Position numbers and translations under genes: made by a program. A DNA stretch of 56,999 bases from IMG/VR virus record IMGVR_UViG_3300019872_000003, positions 1 to 56,999 of that record. One strand, 5' to 3'. The stretch comes from a virus (Duplodnaviria; Caudoviricetes). The notes under the pieces are model-generated. The model had not been told where the DNA came from. It saw only the letters and a program-made list of their open reading frames with translations, and did not search any database. Positions 1 through 8,703 of the stretch are shown here, one piece after another (within the stretch, counting starts at the first letter, position 1; every line of letters starts with the position of its first letter).

Positions 1-139
1 CGGAGGGAGCATGAAGGTAACGAACGCTCAAGCGGTCGTGCGGATCCGATCCTGGGTCGGAAGCAACACCATCCCGCCCGATAACATCTCGGCGCTGCAC
101 CACTGCATCGGGATCGCACGTCGTCTGTTCACGAACCTC
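1..139. repeat. Terminal direct repeat, copy 1 (circular assembly overlap or terminal redundancy)
   Basis: 14-139 is identical to 56874-56999. 1-13 differs from 56861-56873 at 3 positions (6, 9, 13). Confidence 0.95.
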
Positions 140-673
140 ACGGGCAAGTCGTACGCCACGGCGAACGACGCTGCACGTGCGGTTGGTGCAGCGGGTCACC
201 TCAAGAGTGGGCAGCCGCCGGCGGGATCGCTTCGCTGGTGGCTGTCTGCTGATGCGGGACACGTCGCCACTCAGGACAACGACGATGACTATGTCGTCTG
301 CAACGTCGGGACACGCGTGCAGCGCGTGAAGGCGTCAGTGTACGACAACCTGCGGTACGTCGGATGGTCGTACTCGTGGGAGGTGCCGGGATGGGGCAAG
401 ATGACCGACGCCTATCCGGCTGGTGGTGGAGGTGGAACTTCCGCTCCCCCGCCTCGCCCCAAGCCCAAGAGCGGGCGCACGACGATCGTGCGTGGGACCT
501 ACGCTCGTGAGCGTCCCGACAAGAACAGTCCGAAGGTCGGGAAGATGAAGCAAGTCGGGAAGCCGCTCGACTACGTGTCAGTCCACCCGGCGACGGTCAA
601 GGGAACGAACACCTTCCTCGAGACGCCGCAGGGCAACTGGGTGCTGGCATACAAGACGGCTCGAGGCGCGTAG
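11..673 (+). CDS. Endolysin: CHAP/NlpC-like Cys-His peptidase, Gly/Pro linker, SH3b-like cell-wall-binding domain. True start is probably GTG at 56865 across the junction.
   Basis: HHCIG...PPAGSLRWW...GHVA pattern, GGGGTSAPPPRPKP linker, position directly after the holin-like gene on the circle. Confidence 0.7.
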   Translation: MKVTNAQAVVRIRSWVGSNTIPPDNISALHHCIGIARRLFTNLTGKSYATANDAARAVGAAGHLKSGQPPAGSLRWWLSADAGHVATQDNDDDYVVCNVGTRVQRVKASVYDNLRYVGWSYSWEVPGWGKMTDAYPAGGGGGTSAPPPRPKPKSGRTTIVRGTYARERPDKNSPKVGKMKQVGKPLDYVSVHPATVKGTNTFLETPQGNWVLAYKTARGA

Positions 674-709
674 CCTCTTCGGAGGACTTTCCGCCCGCGA
701 TACGTCATA

Positions 710-752
710 CGAACGGCCTTGGCTGGACAATCTACCCAGCCAAGGCCGTTCG
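710..752. terminator. Probable bidirectional terminator between the convergent late and early arms
   Basis: Perfect 17-bp inverted repeat CGAACGGCCTTGGCTGG-9nt-CCAGCCAAGGCCGTTCG. A small CCTC-TTCG-GAGG hairpin lies at 674-685. Confidence 0.75.
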
Positions 753-839
753 GACGTTCAGGAGGCGCTCAGCGCCATAGCCACGGGCGAGCTGGCGTCT
801 GAGCAAGGCATTCCATGAACCAGGCCAGCGATCGCGCGA

Positions 840-1067
840 TCATGATGCGATCACCAGCCCGAGGACGATCCCCAGCAGGAAGGCCAGGGCGATGACCAGT
901 GCGACCGAAACGTGACGGACGGAAGACGTCACGAAGGCGCGCGGGTCTGGCCACTGCTGAGGATCGTCCGGCATGTGTGTCCGCTGGGAGCGCTCGTCGG
1001 GTGACATCCGACGTCGTCCCTTGACGGGGTTCTTCGCGGAGCGTCCCGCGGACTCGGCTTCCCACAT
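840..1067 (-). CDS. Small membrane protein (start uncertain)
   Basis: C-terminal hydrophobic helix VSVALVIALAFLLGIVLGLVI. Confidence 0.5.
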   Translation of the reverse strand: MWEAESAGRSAKNPVKGRRRMSPDERSQRTHMPDDPQQWPDPRAFVTSSVRHVSVALVIALAFLLGIVLGLVIAS

Positions 1068-1069
1068 GT

Positions 1070-1525
1070 TCAGCGGACCACGATGTGATGGATGATCCGA
1101 CGGTTGTAGACAGCGCCGTTCTGCAGGTACGACACCCGCATCACAGCATTGTACCGACCGGGTCCGAGCTCGGCTACGTAGTCCATCGAGATACGCTTGT
1201 GATTCTTGTAGACCGAGATGAATCCCATCGTGACATCGGCGCTACTAGGTGCGAGGTCGAGGATCTCGCTTCCGATCGCCGCCTTCTTGCGCCCATTGCG
1301 GTAGTAGGTGAAGGGCGGCAGCTTGTCCATCGCGGCGATGGCACGGTCGCTTTTGAGCCGATCCTTCTGGAACTTGAGCAGCGCCTTTGTCTCGGTTGTG
1401 ACGGTGTAGCCGATGTCGGCATAGTCCGAGGCGTAGATCTGCCCCGGTGTGTAAGCGTGCGCGGGTGCGGCTGCAAGCAGTGGAAGCGCGAGCGCTCCGA
1501 TCAGTGCAGCGATGAGCTTCTTCAT
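1070..1525 (-). CDS. Secreted hypothetical protein
   Basis: Sec signal MKKLIAALIGALALPLLAAAPAHA|Y, GGAG-type RBS upstream. Confidence 0.7.
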   Translation of the reverse strand: MKKLIAALIGALALPLLAAAPAHAYTPGQIYASDYADIGYTVTTETKALLKFQKDRLKSDRAIAAMDKLPPFTYYRNGRKKAAIGSEILDLAPSSADVTMGFISVYKNHKRISMDYVAELGPGRYNAVMRVSYLQNGAVYNRRIIHHIVVR

Positions 1526-1526
1526 G

Positions 1527-1730
1527 TCAGTTCCATCTCCATTGAAGACGAGCCTGCGAGTGCAGGATCGTAGTGGTGTCGAGCAGGTCGGTGTACAGTG
1601 CACACCCAGGGTGGATCAGGTGGATGCATTCACATCCCTTGCACAGAAGGCTGGCAGGCATGCCAGGTCCGAGGGCTTCACGGCACCAGATGCACGGGAA
1701 GTCATCAGGCACGCCTGCCAGCTTCGTCAT
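1527..1730 (-). CDS. Small Cys-rich (Zn-finger-like) protein
   Basis: CxxC...CxxC...HxxC; ATGA overlap with the upstream gene. Confidence 0.55.
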   Translation of the reverse strand: MTKLAGVPDDFPCIWCREALGPGMPASLLCKGCECIHLIHPGCALYTDLLDTTTILHSQARLQWRWN

Positions 1731-1945
1731 GCCGTGACCTCCGACAGGAACAGCATCAGCTCGAGCGCCTCGAGCTGCGACAGGTTGAACGATGTCCCAT
1801 GAGGGCCATTCACTGTGTGAATCGTAGCACCGCCGGTGGTCTCGTTCTCAATGACGGTCATGGTAGTTGCGTCGTCGTGCACGACCTGCATGACCTTGTC
1901 CTTGCCGCCGTCCGGCCGGGGGAAGGTGGTGCGTGAGATTGCCAT
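1727..1945 (-). CDS. Hypothetical protein
   Basis: GAAAGGA RBS, phage-like codon usage. Confidence 0.6.
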   Translation of the reverse strand: MAISRTTFPRPDGGKDKVMQVVHDDATTMTVIENETTGGATIHTVNGPHGTSFNLSQLEALELMLFLSEVTA

Positions 1946-2053
1946 GATGCTCGGTTCCTTTCATGGGGGCTGGGCGCCGGCCGGGTTGACCGGCGGTTCA
2001 TCGGACTCACCTCCTCTCAATCGTCTCAGAGCCTACGGCCTTGCGGGTTGGGT

Positions 2054-2191
2054 CTACCGTTCGGGGAAGTCGATCCGGCACTGCTGCGGGTTGCTGGTCC
2101 CGTCGCAGATGTCCCCCTGGAGGAGCAGCCCGCCGACGGCGATCAGCAGGGCGATCGCCAGGGCGAGAACGATGCCGCCTCGACGGGTCAT
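2054..2191 (-). CDS. Small membrane/secreted protein
   Basis: MTRRGGIVLALAIALLIAVGGLL hydrophobic N-terminus; ATGA overlap. Confidence 0.5.
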   Translation of the reverse strand: MTRRGGIVLALAIALLIAVGGLLLQGDICDGTSNPQQCRIDFPER

Positions 2192-2310
2192 GATGTTGCC
2201 TCCTTGACGAGCCACATGAAGAACAGGACGACGGCGAACCAGAACACGAGGGTGAGGGCGACCAGGATGAGCCACGCGATGGCCGCCTCCCACTCGCGAC
2301 GGCTGGTCAT
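2188..2310 (-). CDS. 40-aa single-TM protein (not in the ORF track)
   Basis: MTSRREWEAAIAWLILVALTLVFWFAVVLFFMWLVKEATS; ATGA overlaps at both ends. Confidence 0.55.
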   Translation of the reverse strand: MTSRREWEAAIAWLILVALTLVFWFAVVLFFMWLVKEATS

Positions 2311-3059
2311 GCTCCGAGCCCGCGGCGCGAGCCGACGGCGTTGCCGCCCGTGTTGGCGTTGAGGCCAGCGGTGCGACCAGCGTGGTGGCCGGTCGACCCG
2401 CCCTTGATGCCGCCCCGCGCCTCGCCGAGGCGGAGGTTCTGGTTGACGTAAGCCTCGACCAGCGCGCCGCGGTCCCGTAGCACGATGTCGGTGCCGGTGC
2501 TGGACTCGGCGACGACCTTGCGCTTCATGTTCCGGATGCGGACGCCGGCGCCTTCGCCGAAGGACACGATGAACTGACGCCGCGACCGCCAGGCCTCAGA
2601 TGCGTTCATCCAGCCCTTGTCCTCGGACGTTGCCCACCACGTCTTCATGGCGGCCATCGCCTGCAGCTGCAGCGAGGACAGCAGGATCATCGCCTGCTGC
2701 ACATCGGACTCGAAGCCGACGACCGAGATCTTCGTGGACTTCTTGCCCGTGACCGGGTCGATGCGGTTTTTGCTGAGGTACACCTTCATGGAGCCGAGGC
2801 TCGTAACGACGTGGTTGAACACGTACGGCCAGGCTGCCTCGTAGGAGCCGTAGACGTAGCAGGAGGCGGTGACGATGTTCTCCACCTTGCCGCCAGCGGC
2901 GAGACGCTTGGCGTCGATCATCGCCTGGTCGATGGAGTACTTCACCATCAGTTCCTCGGCGCGAGCGGTGAGCGCCTCGGCCTCGGCTGCGGAGTCGGTT
3001 GACTCGGCCTTGGCGAGGAGCGCCTGGATCTTGTCGGCGTACTTGTCCACAGGAGACAT
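2307..3059 (-). CDS. DUF2786-like protein
   Basis: N-terminal KIQALLAKAEST...EAEAL.ARAEELMVKYSID signature. Confidence 0.75.
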   Translation of the reverse strand: MSPVDKYADKIQALLAKAESTDSAAEAEALTARAEELMVKYSIDQAMIDAKRLAAGGKVENIVTASCYVYGSYEAAWPYVFNHVVTSLGSMKVYLSKNRIDPVTGKKSTKISVVGFESDVQQAMILLSSLQLQAMAAMKTWWATSEDKGWMNASEAWRSRRQFIVSFGEGAGVRIRNMKRKVVAESSTGTDIVLRDRGALVEAYVNQNLRLGEARGGIKGGSTGHHAGRTAGLNANTGGNAVGSRRGLGA

Positions 3060-3111
3060 GATGCTGTCCTTCCGTCGTTTGACCAGCCGCCCGGCCGGTC
3101 CTTATGAGTAG

Positions 3112-3166
3112 AACTTAGTAGGCGGCGGGTCACGTGTCAATAGGTTTCCTCAAGATTCTTTAGAGA
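3112..3166 (-). promoter_or_regulatory. SigA-type promoter with conserved upstream box (copy 1)
   Basis: TTGACA(3140-3135)-17nt-TAAGTT(3117-3112). Upstream TCTCTAAAGAATCTTG is shared with 9210-9264. Confidence 0.8.
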
Positions 3167-3306
3167 GACCTATCGAACAGCTGTACATTGACGGACGGCG
3201 GGCCAGATCGACCTTGGGTGTCATCATGTCCTGGTTCACCACGGGCAGGCCGTCGTTCGCCCGGTCGAAAGTTCCGGGTCAGGCGCGCCGCCGTCCATCA
3301 GTGCGC

Positions 3307-3531
3307 TTATACGGTCGTCGTAGGACGACCGCCTCGGTGCGGGACGTAGGCTCGACGCCAGGCCCGTACCTCGCTCATGTCGAACACAGGCCAGCTGCGC
3401 TTGCCTCGTGTTCGTATCGCCCTGGGTTCTGGGAAGCCCAGCCCCGGCGTGGTGTGCCACCTGTGCACGGCCTGGCGTGTCACGCCGAGCGCAAAGGCGA
3501 TGTCTGCTTGCGTCACCAGTGTCGAGGTCAT
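3307..3531 (-). CDS. Small HTH DNA-binding protein (AlpA/excisionase-like)
   Basis: LVTQADIAFALGVTRQAVHRW...FPEP; ATGA overlap with the primase stop. Confidence 0.75.
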   Translation of the reverse strand: MTSTLVTQADIAFALGVTRQAVHRWHTTPGLGFPEPRAIRTRGKRSWPVFDMSEVRAWRRAYVPHRGGRPTTTV

Positions 3532-5738
3532 GACCACATCATACCATTCTCGGTCGGTGTCATGGACTTGAGTTTCACACCTACGAAGTACCGCTGCCCA
3601 TCTGACTCTTGCCTGATGGTGTGGATCCCGCGCGCCTTCATCGCCGACGTGAACTGCGGAACACGGAGCTTGATCTCGTTCGTGACGTCGCACCACATGT
3701 TGTACGTCGTGTAGGCGTCACGTACGCTGACGAGTGTCTCCTCGCCCGTTGCCAGCATCGTCTCGTTCAAGAACTGACGGAAGCGGTCTTGACCCTGGCG
3801 GTAGTCCTCGACGGCTGCAGTGACGGTCAGCGGCTCATCGAGCTTCATGCGGTACCAGTCGATGGCCCCCTGCACGGCCCAGGCAAGAACGGCCTTCCCG
3901 CCGACGTCAGGATCACGCAGCAGCGACTTGAGGTCGGGGTTGCGTTCGTTCACGGGTATGGTGCGACCGAACGAGATCTTCTTGATGCGTCGCCACATGG
4001 CGTCATCACGTGCATCGGGATCGTGGTTCGTTCCGATCCAGAGCTTCAGCTGCGGTCGGAACTCGAAGGTGTCACGGTACAAGAATCGTGCCGTGACCTT
4101 GTCACCTCCTGTGAACTGCTTGATGAGCGCCTCGCTGAACATCTCGCCTTCACGAACCTCGGACAGCGACACGAGGCGCATGCCGGCAAGACGAGCGAGC
4201 TCATCCTTCGGCGTCTGCTGGTTGCGTCGATACATGAAGGTGTCGGACTGCGTGGTGGTGCCGTACTGACCTGTGGCTGCGTGCAGCGCATCGAGGTACG
4301 TCGACTTGCCTGACGCCGGCGGCCCGCTGATGATGAAGAAGCACTCCTCCGCATTGCTGCCCGTCAGTGTGTAGCCGGCTGCACGCTGCAAGTACTCCGC
4401 GAGATCGATGTCACCCTCGGTCGACGTCGAGATGAACGCCTCCCACTCAGGCAGCGTGTAGCCCTTCTCATAGACGACGTTCGTGTTCTTGGTGACGAGG
4501 TCATCGCGTGTGATGTCGCGCAGCTCGCCGTTCCGCAAGTCGACGATGCCGTTCCTGCAGGCGATGACGTGATCGTCGCGGTCGAACTCAGCGACGTCCC
4601 GTCGAATCCTGCTGTCGTCGCGTGCCAGCTTCTCGATGGAAGCGAGGTGCCCAGCAGACTCCGACGCCCGCGCCCACTTTACAAGAACGGACGAGACGGT
4701 CGGGTTGTCGTTCGCAAGCGAGCGCGCTTCGGTCTTCACGATGTCCGGCACCGAACGCGCCATCTCGTTGATGTCCTCGGTGCCGCACCTCACCCAGCCG
4801 ATGTCTGTCCATCGAAGCCAGCCCCACTGAGGTACGTACCGCACCGTGTCGATGTACCGATCCACGAATCGCTTCGAGTTGCCGAGGTCGGTGGGTGCGT
4901 GGATCGCATCGCCACCTCCTGTGATGAAGCCCCACTCGAACGAGCCGTCATCATGGTTTTGCTTGAACGCCTGGTCGACCTTGCGCAGCGCTTCATCGTC
5001 TGGGAACGGAGGCTTCGCTTGTCGTGCCGCTTCGAGCACCAGGATCTCGACGGCCTTGCGGTTGTCCTTCAACTGGCGACGCAGCTGGCACGCCCACCGG
5101 AACAGTGTCTCGTCGCGTGAGCCTTCAGGAATCCCCTCAAGGATCGTAGCGGCGTCGGGCAGCTCGTCGCGTGTTGACCCTCCCGCCGTGTTCCGCACCG
5201 CCGCTAGAAGGTCCAGAGGCATCGGAACCGGGGTCGTGCCCCAGTTGAGCCAGGAGTATGTACCACCACTGATGTGCGACCCAGGTGTCAGGATGACGTA
5301 CCCGCCGTCGCTCTTCACATCGACACCACGGAGCCAGCCGTTGCGGTTGCCGATCGGAACACCGTCGTTCGGATACTCGAAGATGAGGTGACGCCCACCG
5401 CCTCCTGTGAGAGCGATGAGCGTCTGAGGCAGTGCGTCCTGGCGTTCGGTCTCGAACTCCTCGAGGCTGGCGAACCCGCTGTGCCGAGGGTCGATGTCGA
5501 TCACGACGACGTTGGATGCTGCGCCGCACGCAAGACCGATGTTCGAGTTCGGCCACGTGGTCCACCACAGGTCGATCGTCTCGATGCTGCGGGTCGCGTC
5601 CTTCACGCCGTTCGCTGTGCGGGGGTGCTTGCCTGGTGATCCACAGGCTGCACCCTTGCCGCATGTGCACTGCCCACGCTCGATGCTGTGACACGGGAAG
5701 ATGTGCCAACCCATTGCCGCATACTCTCGAGGTGTCAC
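3528..5738 (-). CDS. Bifunctional primase-polymerase fused to D5/SF3 helicase
   Basis: N-terminal GWHIFP..GKHP..NIGLACG..VIDID..TGGGGRH; C-terminal GPPASGKST Walker A, TGGD, TNH. Confidence 0.92.
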   Translation of the reverse strand: MTPREYAAMGWHIFPCHSIERGQCTCGKGAACGSPGKHPRTANGVKDATRSIETIDLWWTTWPNSNIGLACGAASNVVVIDIDPRHSGFASLEEFETERQDALPQTLIALTGGGGRHLIFEYPNDGVPIGNRNGWLRGVDVKSDGGYVILTPGSHISGGTYSWLNWGTTPVPMPLDLLAAVRNTAGGSTRDELPDAATILEGIPEGSRDETLFRWACQLRRQLKDNRKAVEILVLEAARQAKPPFPDDEALRKVDQAFKQNHDDGSFEWGFITGGGDAIHAPTDLGNSKRFVDRYIDTVRYVPQWGWLRWTDIGWVRCGTEDINEMARSVPDIVKTEARSLANDNPTVSSVLVKWARASESAGHLASIEKLARDDSRIRRDVAEFDRDDHVIACRNGIVDLRNGELRDITRDDLVTKNTNVVYEKGYTLPEWEAFISTSTEGDIDLAEYLQRAAGYTLTGSNAEECFFIISGPPASGKSTYLDALHAATGQYGTTTQSDTFMYRRNQQTPKDELARLAGMRLVSLSEVREGEMFSEALIKQFTGGDKVTARFLYRDTFEFRPQLKLWIGTNHDPDARDDAMWRRIKKISFGRTIPVNERNPDLKSLLRDPDVGGKAVLAWAVQGAIDWYRMKLDEPLTVTAAVEDYRQGQDRFRQFLNETMLATGEETLVSVRDAYTTYNMWCDVTNEIKLRVPQFTSAMKARGIHTIRQESDGQRYFVGVKLKSMTPTENGMMWS

Positions 5739-5830
5739 TGTGGTCCTTTCACGAGGTCTCCCGCACAGGGAGTCAGAAGAGCTATCCTAGTCGAATGATC
5801 GGCCGATGCTGGCACGATCAGCGTTCCTAC

Positions 5831-6098
5831 TTAGTGCGCACGACGGACCGCATCGATCTGACACGACATGACGGACTCGTACCCGCGCTTGCCGCCCCAC
5901 ATCTCGATCCACTCACTGCCTGTTGTCATGTTCTTCGCGTGACACAGGAACTCATAGCGCATCTTGTGGAAGTCCGCATACCGATCACCGATGATGACTA
6001 CCCGATCTCCCTTGACGATCGGACCGAAGTACTCACGGCGTACGATGACACCACGAGCGCGGGTTATCGGCTCTGTCGCTTCGGGGAGGCTGTCCCAC
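5831..6098 (-). pseudogene. Unannotated coding-like segment with no in-frame start (possible 1-nt frameshift)
   Basis: Open frame ...FGPIVKGDRVVIIGDRYADFHKMRYEFLCHAKNMTTGSEWIEMWGGKRGYESV...AH* ends at 5831. A GTG with GAGG RBS at 6098 is one base out of frame. Confidence 0.4.
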
Positions 6099-6102
6099 CC
6101 GT

Positions 6103-6147
6103 CCTCAGACGGACCAGTCGGGTAGTCCCGTGCTGGTCCGTCCGAGG
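6103..6147. terminator. Long stem-loop (terminator or RNA-processing site)
   Basis: CCTCAGACGGACCAG / CTGGTCCGTCCGAGG arms with an inner CGGG-TAGT-CCCG stem. Confidence 0.55.
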
Positions 6148-6162
6148 GTTCTGGACGAGGGG

Positions 6163-6822
6163 CTACGCGGGGTCCGATGCAGCCTCGAGCGACTCCAGTG
6201 CCGAGGTGACGTTGGCCGTCTCCTCATCGGTGGTCCGAGAGCCACCCTTCTCGATGCGGTACACCTGGGCGACGGTGATACCCGCAGCCTCGGCAACCTG
6301 TGCTCGGCTGAACTTGCCGGTGGTGCGACGCTCGAGCAGCGGACCCGCTGCGTCGTCCGTCTTGGCGGGCTTGGCTGCAGCTGGCTTCGCAGCGGCGGGT
6401 GCCTTCTTGGCTGTCATGTCGTCGTGGCCTCCGGTCACGTCTTCATCTGCGGAGCTTCCGCCGATGTCTTGCACGGCGGCGGCGTCTTGTGCCGCTGCCG
6501 ATTCTCCGATGTACGCCCACACGCGAGCTTCAGCGCCGGTCTTGGCCGACACGATGATCTCGGGTGTCCACTTGTACTGCTGGACTGGGACGTCCTTGGC
6601 GGCTGGGTCAAGGAGAAGGAACTTCGTCTCGTAGGCCAGCGAGTCAGCTGGTCCACCTCGGAAGTAGTTCAGCACGGTCTCTCCTTGTGCAAGCAGCCAG
6701 GCTGCGGTCGGCTTCCTGCAGTGGGCGCATACCCACCACTCGTACGTGGGCGGTCCGATGTTCGTGAACCCAGCCTCGGCGCGCGTGACGCCGGACAGGT
6801 GGCCTGCACAGACGATGCTCAC
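6163..6822 (-). CDS. Zn-binding N-terminus plus C-terminal XRE-type HTH regulator (possible internal start at 6417)
   Basis: CxxC motif; FSRAQVAEAAGITVAQVYRIEKG HTH; GGAGG upstream of the internal ATG. Confidence 0.65.
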   Translation of the reverse strand: MSIVCAGHLSGVTRAEAGFTNIGPPTYEWWVCAHCRKPTAAWLLAQGETVLNYFRGGPADSLAYETKFLLLDPAAKDVPVQQYKWTPEIIVSAKTGAEARVWAYIGESAAAQDAAAVQDIGGSSADEDVTGGHDDMTAKKAPAAAKPAAAKPAKTDDAAGPLLERRTTGKFSRAQVAEAAGITVAQVYRIEKGGSRTTDEETANVTSALESLEAASDPA

Positions 6823-7235
6823 GTCCGACCACCGAGGAGCTCAAGCCGATGTCCTGTCGCCATCATGGTGACCTCGACCCAGCGGGACCGCGGGATTGCC
6901 GCGGGCCAGATGTACCAGTGCTCTGCAGCCGCCAGACCTCCTCCGGACTCGACCAGGGCGTCGCGCTCGAACTGGCGCATCGTTGCGGTCCACGCCCAGT
7001 CCAGCCAGCGGATCGCCGGCACGTTGACCTCGATGCGGACGGCGGTCTTGTCGATGTCGTCGGTGCGTACGAGCCCGTGCGGGTAGTCCGTTGCGGTCGG
7101 TGTGTCGAGGAGCCAGACGACGTCTGGTCCAGCATGCTCGATGTCGTGCCGGACGTTCGACTCCACGGGCAGGATCTCGCCCGTCATGTCGATGCTCGGC
7201 GTGTGCCACCGGCTGGTGAAGTGGTAGAAACTCAT
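6819..7235 (-). CDS. Hypothetical protein, possible ADP-ribosyltransferase-like fold
   Basis: FYHFTS...I..TG.I...VVWL pattern; GACGGAAGGA RBS. Confidence 0.5.
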   Translation of the reverse strand: MSFYHFTSRWHTPSIDMTGEILPVESNVRHDIEHAGPDVVWLLDTPTATDYPHGLVRTDDIDKTAVRIEVNVPAIRWLDWAWTATMRQFERDALVESGGGLAAAEHWYIWPAAIPRSRWVEVTMMATGHRLELLGGRT

Positions 7236-7266
7236 GATGTGTCCTTCCGTCTGACCTGTCAGGTTG

Positions 7267-7295
7267 ACTGTAAACGGCGAGCCCCCGAAGGGCAA
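7267..7295 (-). promoter_or_regulatory. Putative SigA-type promoter
   Basis: TTGCCC-17nt-TACAGT upstream of the GACGGAAGGA RBS. Confidence 0.5.
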
Positions 7296-7299
7296 GGAC

Positions 7300-7881
7300 T
7301 CAGAGGTCCTTGCCCTTCTTCTTTGAAGACGGACGGACGGCGGCGATCTTGGTGTCCGACGGCTTCATGAGCTTACGGCAGTCGGTGCAGAACGCCGGCC
7401 ACGAGTTGTGATGCCAGGCGTCGAGGATGAAGTCCGATCCAACGATCTGCTTGTGGTCGTTGCAGACCGTGACCCACTTACTGCCGTCGTAGCCGATGTC
7501 GTCGAGCGTGAAGTCGACTGCGTCGTACCACTCGTCACCTCCGGCCAGCACCTCTTCGGCGTTGCGGACCGTCAGGACGGCACGGGTGATCCGATTCTTG
7601 CGGACCTCACGGATCGGCTTCGGGTTCTTCTTGTACTTCTTCTTGCCTGACGCCGTGACCTTGTCGTCCTCCACAGGCGCCGACTTCAGCATCCACGCGT
7701 TACCGGACCGCAGGACGAGTCCGGCATCGACCAGCTCCTTCAGAGCCTTGCGAGCGGTGGTCTCGGACTTCTTGAGAACGTGGATGGCAGCCTCGAGCGT
7801 AACGGCTCGGAGTGCGGTGCCGTTCATGTAGGTGACGAGTGCGATCTGGTTGGCGTTGAGGTCGGGCGTCGTGGTGGTCAT
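7300..7881 (-). CDS. Winged-HTH protein with C-terminal Cys/His metal-binding domain
   Basis: KSETTARKALKELVDAGLV; CNDH...CTDC; GAAGGAG RBS. Confidence 0.65.
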   Translation of the reverse strand: MTTTTPDLNANQIALVTYMNGTALRAVTLEAAIHVLKKSETTARKALKELVDAGLVLRSGNAWMLKSAPVEDDKVTASGKKKYKKNPKPIREVRKNRITRAVLTVRNAEEVLAGGDEWYDAVDFTLDDIGYDGSKWVTVCNDHKQIVGSDFILDAWHHNSWPAFCTDCRKLMKPSDTKIAAVRPSSKKKGKDL

Positions 7882-8136
7882 GACTGACTCCTTCGGTGGG
7901 GCTGGGCGGGGCCGGTTGGCCCCGCCCGGGCGTGCGGGGTTCAGATCTCCTTCGCGAGATCGATGTGCTCCATCGCCGCGACGATGTCGCCGTGCCAAGT
8001 GGTTAACCAGGAAGGCCATGAGGGCGTCGTAGGAGCCGCTGATCAGGACGGTCCCGTTGTTGCGGGCCGAGCCACGTGAATCCGAGGGTGATGGCTGCTG
8101 CGCCGATCAGCGCGACGCAGCAGCCGGACAGGAGCT

Positions 8137-8703
8137 TCATAGACGGCCTTCGCAGATCGGACCGATGCCACGCTCGATGCTGGTCTCATCGGTCAGCGTC
8201 CGACCGCATACGATGCATCGACCGTACAGCTTGCCGTAGTGCGCGGCCTCCTTGACGCTGAGCTTCATCGAGGGCTGCACCTTGCGGATCGCACCGGCCT
8301 CGTACTCGAAGCGACCGGTCTTGAAGTCGAGCACCTTTGCGTACTGCCCGCCGGTGGCATGCACGGCGTGTTGGACCTTGTACACCCGACCTCCGACCAG
8401 GTAGTACCCGTCCTCGACCTCGATGCGTCCGCTAACGGCGTCCAACCGAACGGGCGTCTCCTTGATGGTCTTGATCATACCGATGAGCCGGTCTATCCGA
8501 CGGCTCGCCTCCTGCATGTCGAGGTTCTCATGGAAGTCTATCTCCATTTGTTGGACAGCATCGGCGTCGACCGACTTGCCTTCGTGCCTGAGTTTCGCGA
8601 CCTGCAGCGCTTGATACTCGTCCTGCAGCTTTTTCATGAAGGCGACCTGCTTCTCCGAAGCGGTTTTATGCTGGCGCGGGGTGTACCCGTGGTAGGTGCT
8701 CAT
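8137..8703 (-). CDS. DUF6011-type Zn-ribbon protein
   Basis: C-terminal CIVCGRTLTDETSIERGIGPIC; N-terminal ASEKQVAF motif. Confidence 0.75.
   Translation of the reverse strand: MSTYHGYTPRQHKTASEKQVAFMKKLQDEYQALQVAKLRHEGKSVDADAVQQMEIDFHENLDMQEASRRIDRLIGMIKTIKETPVRLDAVSGRIEVEDGYYLVGGRVYKVQHAVHATGGQYAKVLDFKTGRFEYEAGAIRKVQPSMKLSVKEAAHYGKLYGRCIVCGRTLTDETSIERGIGPICEGRL

Noticed and set aside
1-139. Biological direct terminal repeat of the virion DNA
   Set aside because: It falls inside the endolysin gene and its length is typical of an assembler overlap; real termini cannot be inferred.
3307-3531. Excisionase or lysogeny module
   Set aside because: No integrase, att site or ParA partner recognised; temperate lifestyle unsupported.
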